Source: an uncultured Cytophagales bacterium
GTDB lineage: Bacteria; Bacteroidota; Bacteroidia; Cytophagales; JAAEPT01
DNA length: 39,936 nt
Assembly (NCBI GenBank): GCA_964350605.1
Contig: CAYGKP010000001.1
Location: 1 to 39,936 of the forward strand
Reading direction: 5' to 3'
The notes beneath the pieces were generated by a model that worked only from the letters and a program-made list of their open reading frames with translations, searched no databases and had not been told where the DNA came from. A program made the translations under genes and the position numbers. Positions 17,201 through 23,465 of this stretch are shown here, one piece after another (the first letter of the stretch is position 1; each line of letters begins with the position of its first letter).

Positions 17201-19056
17201 GCATCGGTATCAATTGTGAAAAAGAACTGGATGCCATCCCCTCGGACGTCTAATCCCGCTGGCTGAAGATTCAAGCTTCCATCAAAACCGAAATAGGCGT
17301 ACTGTCGAAGTTGGCCTTCATGATCTTGTTCATAGGTCCCGAGTGTCAACGCGCTGACCTGTATTTTGGCAGGGCCCAGTTTCAAGTCGAACGTGCGCGG
17401 CAAAAGCTGTACGCCGCCATCGAACTCAATCCTGCCATTCGAGTAGATGCGTAGTTTGGAGATCGGAATCTTACCAGGGAGCAACTTATCGGCAAGTCCA
17501 CCAGGGACAGGAGCTGTGATCTCCAGCTCCCCAGCTACTTCAAGAGCATAGACCTCGCCGAGCTTTTCCAGAGAAAGACTACGAAGAGTAAGCTTGAAGA
17601 CTTCGTTCTCTTCCGAGGGGAAAGAAAGCACAAGCCCTTCTGGCTCAATAGCTGCGAACGTAAAATCCCCGTTTTCGAAAAACTGAATGGTAACCTCCAA
17701 CTCCGCGGGATTCCCTTCTGAGTCTTTAACATTGAAGTTCTCCGGAAAATTGAGCGTGGCTCTGGCGGAAGAGCGCACCAGACTACCCTGACGAAACTCC
17801 ACCTCAGCTTCTTTCAACTCCAGACCGAAGCCACCTAAGGTCGCATCGTAGGAGTCATATTCATCCTCACCTACTACCCGAGTTTCCAGTCCGATCGTCC
17901 CACTGAAGCCACCTGAGCCGATGATGAGATTACGCCCTTTGAGAATGGCTTGCTCCGTAGGGTTCCCATTCTGCGTTAGGATAGGCGGAAACCCAACTTC
18001 GATCTCCTCGATGAAGACTCCTCGGAAGTCAGCCGGATAACCTGCATCCTGAATGGGTTGAATATTGGTAGTTCGGGAAAGGTCTAGCCAAACATTGTCG
18101 ACTTGAAAAGTGAAGCCCGAGTTACCGATTTGAACTGTAGGGCCAGAAACTCCCTGGTCAGTATCGATACCCGTTGTGACCTGAGTTGACTGATCAATGC
18201 CGAAGCTGCCACGTGTGTCAAAAGTGAATTGAGCGGGCTCTGTTCTCAGAACATACTTAGACGGCTCGGCGTAAGGTTCGCCGCTTGGCTGAAGCGGCAG
18301 TAAAAAGCTTCGAGGAATGGCAACCTCCAAACCAAGTGAAGTGCCCGCCCTTACTCTCGGAACTAGCATCTCCTGCAAACGGCTCAAAATTGGCAGTCCT
18401 CCTCCGTCGTAAAGGCGATTGATGGCATCAAGTCCGCTCGACAGATCGGAAGCAGGCAGCACGTAGATCGTAAAGAGTATCTCCCGAACAGACGGCAGCG
18501 ACCCACTCGCGTCGATCTGTGCTATTAGGTCATCTATCTGGTCAGAAAGCTCAGTTGCTGACGGCATGGATACCGAGCTACCCCCGTATTCTGCATTGAT
18601 TTTATTGACTAGGCTTTGAACATCCTCAGAGAGCTCAATCTCTAAAACCGCGTTGGTCAGCAAGCGCTCGTCTAGCGGATCGGTTACTGTGAGCAGGAGG
18701 TCGAAAAAGGACTGCGGCGAGCCATCGAAGCGCGAAAATTCGAAGTCGTCGAAGTAGCGGAGGATCTCCCAATCAAACTGAAGGGTGAGGTCGAATTCGG
18801 TGGTGTTGGGAAGGGTGCCGGGATTAATGGAGAATTCCAGATCGAGGCCGGGAACCGTGAAGCCAATGTTCTGGAAGGCGATGAGTTGGACGTAAAAGGA
18901 ACGCGTTGACCCGGCGGTGTTGACGAATTGAATCTCCTTAACAAAGAGGTTCGGGATCAGCGCATCAAGCCCTCCGTCGATGAAGCTCAGGGCCTCGGGC
19001 AAATCGTCTGCAGAAAGCAGCGAGGTGACAGGTAGGTAGTTGTGGGTGGAGGGCAT
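11263..19056 (-). CDS. Giant hypothetical protein (2597 aa): ~1300-aa beta-rich N-terminal region of unknown family, three LamG modules, ~490-aa C-terminal region
   Basis: An uninterrupted 7.8-kb ORF. The LamG array covers aa ~1320-2110 (nt 12727-15099), with repeated ...R(L/I)YNR..S..EQ...GRCA...GLIGWWKL(D/N)E..G..A.DSS...GGGAW...C. The N-terminus MPSTHNYLPVTSLLSADDLP has no signal peptide. The start ATG (19054-19056) overlaps the upstream stop as TAATG. No catalytic or NTPase motif was recognised. Confidence 0.9.
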   Translation of the reverse strand: MPSTHNYLPVTSLLSADDLPEALSFIDGGLDALIPNLFVKEIQFVNTAGSTRSFYVQLIAFQNIGFTVPGLDLEFSINPGTLPNTTEFDLTLQFDWEILRYFDDFEFSRFDGSPQSFFDLLLTVTDPLDERLLTNAVLEIELSEDVQSLVNKINAEYGGSSVSMPSATELSDQIDDLIAQIDASGSLPSVREILFTIYVLPASDLSSGLDAINRLYDGGGLPILSRLQEMLVPRVRAGTSLGLEVAIPRSFLLPLQPSGEPYAEPSKYVLRTEPAQFTFDTRGSFGIDQSTQVTTGIDTDQGVSGPTVQIGNSGFTFQVDNVWLDLSRTTNIQPIQDAGYPADFRGVFIEEIEVGFPPILTQNGNPTEQAILKGRNLIIGSGGFSGTIGLETRVVGEDEYDSYDATLGGFGLELKEAEVEFRQGSLVRSSARATLNFPENFNVKDSEGNPAELEVTIQFFENGDFTFAAIEPEGLVLSFPSEENEVFKLTLRSLSLEKLGEVYALEVAGELEITAPVPGGLADKLLPGKIPISKLRIYSNGRIEFDGGVQLLPRTFDLKLGPAKIQVSALTLGTYEQDHEGQLRQYAYFGFDGSLNLQPAGLDVRGDGIQFFFTIDTDAGAGKAFHSFLRIQRLEIRLIIPGTASKEQALAIIEGYLALLGQEQGGSVSEYRGAVGVSFPRLKLKFEGDISYVPDDPSFLVDAKINLPTPIPLGPTGLGIYGFRGLVGSGYIADKSAIGLADSASWWQYYKAPPKEGITVDKFSKEPGFVGGAGTAIATKGDPRIFSSKVFLLLTAPETLLLQGQAGILRRQVGLDDREDPPFSAFLAVSPESITGGAGVQARLPQSSGVIADISANMEFGFFFQNPGGWYLNIGEASPPSKRIRARILRVFNLNAYLQLSARGVALGAGASFNLDKRFGPIRFRLYAYLDMGVRISTEPVQAGGHVLIAGGLEIGIWKFRFGFGVGAYLGAEAPRPFIIEGYIEVKIKIPFKRKKKGIRVSLRWVFDRRRQLEPFQILEPSNAVKALNMTTLEEFPIAYLGSALEESWFDLLEETIIPQDSFVDIQFNYSLKPKGKDPVLSRMTGRFVPTDNVVKISPRRGHSDQVQHRFHLDKVEILTRDPVGDIWVPYDPYEALPIKAFLDSVPASLLHIGAWQAHEQPRQKTHLRILARNPFAFLSQGTGPDETNIVEDYGLNASLMFCTQPLVDWECLNWQGQSNGFRRYREGEWKFDRKAWIKIDIPSASSRKAIQVVEEESEYAPGTNLTEALVALQEDELEKPMTVSIRFPEPVTAYRLTYRVDPCGLQTEEESSPALHIQVGESVQVASPNHGGFTFGGSFSIVAWLKQTPIDETLVNGQVGQDINDHLEVLFKKMASDGHGITIRTVLAPTQASGYSLFVELHYNNRWNGHIRIVKRFVVAEAEGWHMITVQRTGTQLADYYLTVNGQPSVETWVSESTGTPGDVYNDGPIILGEGDFEGYVDHIQYYQDFVLSAQEIDDQYEGGRCAVNANTTNLRLWWKLDELQGTQATNSGLAWTNSDGVLTGYTSGRTQIGGGAWVEETCGGQEGLPLIEEGTSLCFNASGQKVEVGHIAEYLDVKTVEAWFKPEVDPQFTATPSNYFDLYEASQIVVSKMSASGPTQLPNGIVISVTKWLDQPTDKVKYAVFVQMGSHYANREVEFEQLEDPEWVFVSAAFNGSWRIIINSQTAYSFPSGPAGGLYLGVENDQPLFIGSLRSDIFANNNKEYLGCIGQVRLYNRELFESEQRAQYELGRCAQTIIANGLIGWWKLNEQEGTVAADSSPLDNNGVLQQFAPALTALGGGAWATEICLPPGEPPARGGALCMSDPDHRVSIPAITPYKNNIRAFEIWAKPVLDTGVTSSPDYTALIDRGEVVFTIFSSTTYQGNWLRLLVKTIKWLDSSTNEIVYSFYVEAGTALPPGGPPPDLRYPADKDPEWLFISASGVGFNDELDTDFTSKWNFQIQDQPVIGVYPLGPFATSNLVDVAHIHLGNSPDFVTWLPNKDFDGCLSQARLYNRAFSIEQQLAHFRRGRCAEDIERAGLIGWWKLDELEGTVAHDSSPYANHGILEDFAPALTALNGGAWQYELCGLQPSCLRTLTFDGGLDNMTQEAVLSVLGGGAEYREVSLIELCWETEATRRFNEQQVEINETREEQLAYFGLGLQNVLQPVWRPNGAYAIRIEGRDVVEGNTSNQSYVFGFKTGGPIRHYFDAVEAAQQVELENLENEGLYSLKPYLDFGRSYPSVDGNLIGAKPLYYKQGHNDLRVFFKQPGTYNLFGDWPANLGSPALANKLDAIVKETETNQSLSLTSESDGWIREEEASYSLDTQVIHNMAVNSLPDGANCTKFQFDLQKGYYFFLSPPDLRREKLYTVHLVSQFEGVEHELHKYAVQTSRYGSFAEHIGSIDLGEGREAIYNLEHIQKDQTVLAQILADSLAPEDPLRQEYAMTFDRIMRAGLGLDALEVPTTTEVNIFRIPGSGSFTYGMLVRSPEPLCDPRAREQIFSQVLRITLPGQPNLGPGFTPVIIPSKDCTQVFITTTYNVLPFDEIELHFQEMIYNGYQFVAKGSAVTRPVSLLIP

Positions 19057-19544
19057 TACTTCACAGTTCTTAGTGAGTCAACGTAATCATGCATTGAGAC
19101 CATTAGATTCTTGGACATAATGACTATTATACCTCCACTTTCTTTCTCATATATGTTTATATACCTGTAGTCACTTTCTAAATATATTTTTGGACTATAC
19201 CTTTTCTCAGATAGTATCCTGTACCTGAAGTGTGAGATATCACAACTATCTCTTATAAGGAAAGAGTTAATATATCTTCCTTCCGCATTTAGGTACTTCC
19301 TTTCTGTTATTTCTGAAAAACAAGGAGTAACAAATTGAAAATATATATCGAAATGTCCATCCCACTTATCAGGGACCCAGCTTTCGTCTCCCTTTTCGTA
19401 ATTTCTAGATACTTCAACCACAAATACAGTATCTGTGCTAGCCAACCTTTTATTATATACTAATCCATTGCTAGAGTTTTCTAGGTAAAAAACCTTAACC
19501 TCATGACAGGAGGACAGGATAAGTAGTATCGCAAAGTATTTCAC
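19056..19544 (-). CDS. AT-rich small lipoprotein (162 aa); candidate immunity or partner protein for the upstream metallopeptidase module
   Basis: Track ORF. MKYFAILLILSSCHE looks like a short signal peptide plus lipobox LSSC. Sample 60-nt lines here give about 35-37% G+C by hand count. It starts 5 nt after the 1052-aa gene ends. Its stop shares one nt with the giant gene ATG. Confidence 0.75.
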   Translation of the reverse strand: MKYFAILLILSSCHEVKVFYLENSSNGLVYNKRLASTDTVFVVEVSRNYEKGDESWVPDKWDGHFDIYFQFVTPCFSEITERKYLNAEGRYINSFLIRDSCDISHFRYRILSEKRYSPKIYLESDYRYINIYEKESGGIIVIMSKNLMVSMHDYVDSLRTVK

Positions 19545-19549
19545 TCGAA

Positions 19550-22500
19550 CTAATCAGTATCTGTAACCGGGTATCGGTATGCAATCAAATTATCAAACAT
19601 CTGTTTGAACTGAATTGGAGAAAACCTCCGGTTCTCAACTGCAGTTAGCGGAGGAGAGGGGTACATCATATTCTCGTACTGATCAACAAAATCAGTATTA
19701 CCAACTGTCAAATTCTTATTGTACTCAGAATGAGGCTTAATATCGGATATGTTCTCAGAAGGCGGAACTGAGGGCGGACTAGATAAGTAAAAATTCTGAT
19801 TCAGCTCATAGCTATCCTCAGTATCCCGCTTGTTTAAATAGTACAACCTCTGATTACTTAGTGGTTGGCCAAATACCTCGTCAAATTGTTGACTAGAAGT
19901 GCCAGATCTCCTACCCATTTGAGTGTGCAGAGTATGCTTTAATCCAGCCACATGTCCGAGTTCGTGATAAACAGTATACCGAGCAATATTAGTATTCAAT
20001 AGCGGATGTGAGGTGGCAATTCCACCAATTGAATGTAAGTTGATTAGTGCTGGTCCAAGGTCTTGATCTTTGATAAGATCATACCCCTCCTTGGCAAGAT
20101 AGAAGGCAGGAAATGGCCCTCCATTTGTTGAGAACGGTATGCTAAGTTGTATAAGATTGTCTACTGGTGCTTTCAGTATCGAAAGGCCTCTGGTCCCAAT
20201 CAACTCCTCCCTTTCTGCGGGATAATCATAGCTACCATCTCTCGACTTCTTAGCTAGCAGATCGTTTACCTTCTCAGTTGGATGTCTCTGTCCAATATTA
20301 TGAACCCATGGGGAACGGCCCTCCACGATATTAAGATCATCCTTTAAGAAAGTCTTTCCTTGAGATTCTATGTAAGTCTTTGCATTATTTATCTTTTCCA
20401 AATCGATATCATCATCATTAGCAAAATTCTCGACGAACAAAACGGACAATGAAAATGTGCCAGCCAGTAGGTCATGAGCAATTTCTTCAAAAGTATCTAC
20501 CACTTCTATTTGATCAATCAAATATCTTATCCTGTAATTTTTTCCCTCATAAGTAGCAGTAGCTAGGTCTGGCAAATATTCAAATGTGCTTTCAGTATCT
20601 AATGGTTCTTTGCATTGCTCTTCCAAGAAATCCACTGGATCAAACTCTATACTTGTATAGTCCTTCATGGGTGCATCTTCGTTTGGAAGACGATTATAAA
20701 TGTATGTAGGCTTGTGAACATATACCTTGCCAATTCGGACGAAAATAACTCTCTCTTCATTCGGCTGACCTTCATTCTGGATATAAGGCCAAATCCCAAT
20801 GTATTCATTCGAGCTCTCAGGATCTACAAGCTTCCATCCTACTCCATGAACTGAACGCGCTCTTGGATTGTAATAGGCTACGTGCCAATTGGCTGTCAAA
20901 GAGGATATTTCAACAGCATTATCTGCAATCCATTGAGAGTCAATCTCCAGGCTAACAATAGAAACTTGCCTGGTAAGTATACCGTCCTGGTCAAGTTGTG
21001 AGAACACAAACAAGTGCTGTAGGCCCAATAAGCTTGGCACTTGATGAGGCGAAAGAACCAAATCGCTACTTTCCAGATTCCGGAGAAAATTATTCTGATC
21101 TGAAAATGCCGGAAGAGTAAGATTGTACTCAGGTCCAACTAAAGTCGACCACTTAAAGCCCTCTGTGGGTGATAGCAAGTAATGTATCTTGTCCTCCTCT
21201 ACGACAAGAACAGTAGAAACAAAACCAGAAAAACCCAACTCTTCCATTCCATCAACAAATCGTTGATAGTGCAGATTTGCTGTCTGAAACCTAGGCTTAG
21301 AACTCTCAGAGAAGTCCCATGGAATCACATCGCTAATTACCTCTGGAAGTACGAATGTGTTGTCGAGGTAGTAGTTAGCATTAATCACAGGAGAACTCTT
21401 AGGCGGCGCGACCTTCTCCGGGTCGATCCGCTGGATGTAAGACAACTTCACATAACTGGCAATCGAGTTACTGCCTGCAGCCGCAGTGGCCAGTTCGATC
21501 TCATCGGTCCAACCACTCGTAAACGTTGGCTCGATGTACCTGGCCTTGTGACGCGGCACCTCCGGGAAGCGCTTGTAGGGGCTCGCTCCATCCAGATAGA
21601 CCAAGGGCTTGGTGTTGTCGGCCTCTGGTAAAGAGAGGCGTATGTGCGTCTTGCTATTTGCAACCCCCGAACTCAACTCCGAACCCTCAATGATGTGAAT
21701 CGGCCAGTCATTGCTTAGGTAGGCTCGCCCCGAAGGGGCCGTGTTCCCATCGAATGATAGATTGACGTTGACGTTGTAGCCTGCGTAGCTACTATAGTTA
21801 CTGTAGTAGTTGAGGCTATAGCTGTTCTCATTCCGAATGTCCAGATACACCCGGCCGGGGTGAGCGAACTTGGTCAACACGTCGGTGTAGAGGTCTTGAT
21901 CAGTCAGGGTCGAAACCGTGGAACCCTGCAAAACTCGAACACCACTACGTGCGTGAAGGCCATAGAATGCTGCGGGGTCGATGTAGTGAATCACCTTCTC
22001 CCTCGCCGCACGGTTCTCCAGTGCGTCAGTTGCGTCTTGAGGCGTAGCGATCGTTGGGGCGGCCGTAACGGTAACCAGGCCATCAGAAGCCCGCAGCTCC
22101 CCAAGCGTAGGATTGCTCCCATATGCCTCCAGAACGATTTCAAAACCAATCTCGCTGCTGGCCGCAAACTCACCCAAAGTCTGGCCTGCTCGAACACGCG
22201 TCGGCTTGAACGCTGTTAGATGGTTAAAAAAAAGTGCGTCGATCTTCTCAGAATCAAGCTTTTGATCGTCACCAGTTGCCGATGCTGTGAAATGCAGCCC
22301 CAGTGTTTCTTCGGTTGGATCAACCTTAGCGACACCCAAAGCGTCTGCATAAGCTGCCTGGTTCTCGTGTAACTGTGCAGCCAAGTCATTCGCTGTTGTC
22401 AGCACGATCGCCCCTGAGCCTTGGACTAAACTACTCTTCGCAACACCCCTGTAGACAAAGTACTTGACCCGAAAAGGCAGGTGAGGATTGTGATTAAATG

Positions 22501-22708
22501 GTTTGATAACAAGGTTAAGCAGAGTCGAGGACTGCTCTTGAGCGTACAGCAATCCTCCTACACACGCGATCACTGGTGCGCCTTGACCCGATGATACTGT
22601 ATGCTTGGACGATAAATGAAATTCAGTACTTGAAGCGGGCCCATAGGCCTGGCCAGTGCTTTGCACATCCAGTAAGCTGGGGTCGGTAAAAAAGTAGGGC
22701 TTGGCCAT
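19550..22708 (-). CDS. Chimeric 1052-aa protein: GC-rich N-terminal ~430 aa of unknown family + AT-rich C-terminal ~620 aa ending in a metzincin-type zinc metallopeptidase motif
   Basis: Track ORF. HELGHVAGLKH (HExxHxxGxxH) is encoded at 19934-19966 (verified by reverse complement). Composition changes near 21350-21450. Sample lines give about 58-63% G+C at 21.5-22.1 kb and about 33-43% at 20.4-21.3 kb. No signal peptide (MAKPYFFTDPSLLDVQ). Confidence 0.85.
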   Translation of the reverse strand: MAKPYFFTDPSLLDVQSTGQAYGPASSTEFHLSSKHTVSSGQGAPVIACVGGLLYAQEQSSTLLNLVIKPFNHNPHLPFRVKYFVYRGVAKSSLVQGSGAIVLTTANDLAAQLHENQAAYADALGVAKVDPTEETLGLHFTASATGDDQKLDSEKIDALFFNHLTAFKPTRVRAGQTLGEFAASSEIGFEIVLEAYGSNPTLGELRASDGLVTVTAAPTIATPQDATDALENRAAREKVIHYIDPAAFYGLHARSGVRVLQGSTVSTLTDQDLYTDVLTKFAHPGRVYLDIRNENSYSLNYYSNYSSYAGYNVNVNLSFDGNTAPSGRAYLSNDWPIHIIEGSELSSGVANSKTHIRLSLPEADNTKPLVYLDGASPYKRFPEVPRHKARYIEPTFTSGWTDEIELATAAAGSNSIASYVKLSYIQRIDPEKVAPPKSSPVINANYYLDNTFVLPEVISDVIPWDFSESSKPRFQTANLHYQRFVDGMEELGFSGFVSTVLVVEEDKIHYLLSPTEGFKWSTLVGPEYNLTLPAFSDQNNFLRNLESSDLVLSPHQVPSLLGLQHLFVFSQLDQDGILTRQVSIVSLEIDSQWIADNAVEISSLTANWHVAYYNPRARSVHGVGWKLVDPESSNEYIGIWPYIQNEGQPNEERVIFVRIGKVYVHKPTYIYNRLPNEDAPMKDYTSIEFDPVDFLEEQCKEPLDTESTFEYLPDLATATYEGKNYRIRYLIDQIEVVDTFEEIAHDLLAGTFSLSVLFVENFANDDDIDLEKINNAKTYIESQGKTFLKDDLNIVEGRSPWVHNIGQRHPTEKVNDLLAKKSRDGSYDYPAEREELIGTRGLSILKAPVDNLIQLSIPFSTNGGPFPAFYLAKEGYDLIKDQDLGPALINLHSIGGIATSHPLLNTNIARYTVYHELGHVAGLKHTLHTQMGRRSGTSSQQFDEVFGQPLSNQRLYYLNKRDTEDSYELNQNFYLSSPPSVPPSENISDIKPHSEYNKNLTVGNTDFVDQYENMMYPSPPLTAVENRRFSPIQFKQMFDNLIAYRYPVTDTD

Positions 22709-23118
22709 TGCGGAGATAACGTTCGATGGCGATCAAACCGTATTAGTGTAGTTCAATCGACCCAACTATGATATCGAATTCTGCCCCTAGGACAACTTCA
22801 CTATGTTAGTGTTAACAATATAATAACATTAGCTACGCAAATATCCTTACTCTAATAAGTAGGAGGCTAGGGATTATGCCTGTGTATGTCCAAGGAGGTA
22901 CACATTCAATATTGTCGGCTACCAACATTTGGAGAAGTGGCTCAAAACCGCTGAGGCCTCACTCTGAAAGAGTTGATCGTTATGAGAAAGCCATCTTTGT
23001 CTACCCTCGCCCATGGCCAGATACGAGGAGGCCATAAGCGAATGGGTCTAGTCATATGATGGGCAGCATGAAAGCTTGGAAATGATTCAGGACGTATCCA
23101 GATCATTTTTGGAGATCT

Positions 23119-23237
23119 CTCACAAAAGTGATCCGCATGGCAGAATTAGGCCGAATTGAACATTCCCCACTTCAAACCCTCTTTTTTGTGTACAACTTGA
23201 GTACAAATCGAAACAATTGATTTCTATGGAATCAAAT
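23119..23237. repeat. Right copy of the ~120-bp imperfect direct repeat bracketing the accessory block
   Basis: See the left copy (2575-2694). This copy lies 411 nt upstream (in the minus-strand sense) of the 1052-aa gene ATG. Confidence 0.75.
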
Positions 23238-23415
23238 GATTATTTCGATATACCGAATGAATGCCATATGATCGACTGCTCAATCATATTATATCATTCC
23301 TATCATTTTCTTTCCATAGAACTTACCAAATCCTGCTAGGGTCACACAGCATATTCACAGGGCATGGGACAGCCATTTGCTATGCTCTGCTTCCAGCCAA
23401 CCCTACTATCGAGAA

Positions 23416-23440
23416 GAGGCCCGCTCAATGAGCGGGCCTC
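23416..23440 (-). terminator. GC-rich hairpin downstream of the CBM9-like gene; candidate intrinsic terminator
   Basis: GAGGCCCGCT (23416-23425) pairs perfectly with AGCGGGCCTC (23431-23440), with a 5-nt loop. It lies 26 nt past the stop of the 23466-24206 gene. The U-tract on the minus strand is weak (UUCUC). Confidence 0.5.
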
Positions 23441-23465
23441 GTTAGTTAATTGAGACTCTAGCAGT

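Noticed and set aside
5116-19056. Tc-toxin (TcA/TcB-TcC), Rhs or T9SS-cargo interpretation of the giant proteins
   Set aside because: The sizes resemble TcA. However, I found no YD/RHS repeats, no SpvB or PAAR-like strings, no obviously helical shell-like sequence, and no T9SS C-terminal sorting domain or signal peptide.
22226-22233. A8/T8 homopolymer inside the 1052-aa coding region (ALFFNH) as a possible slipped-strand phase-variation site
   Set aside because: It is only 8 nt, codes normally in frame, and there is no second tract or evidence of variation.
22838-22845. GATATTTG on the minus strand, resembling the Bacteroidota -7 promoter box TAnnTTTG, 130 nt upstream of the 1052-aa ATG
   Set aside because: It has one mismatch at a conserved position, and I found no convincing -33 TTTG element at a proper spacing. 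The region is AT-rich, so chance matches are expected.
22876-23037. 53-codon plus-strand ORF preceded by AGGAGG in the spacer upstream of the operon
   Set aside because: It is short and has no recognisable features. Shine-Dalgarno use is weak in Bacteroidota, and it partly abuts the weakly similar extension of the boundary repeat. It is not supportable as a gene without conservation data.
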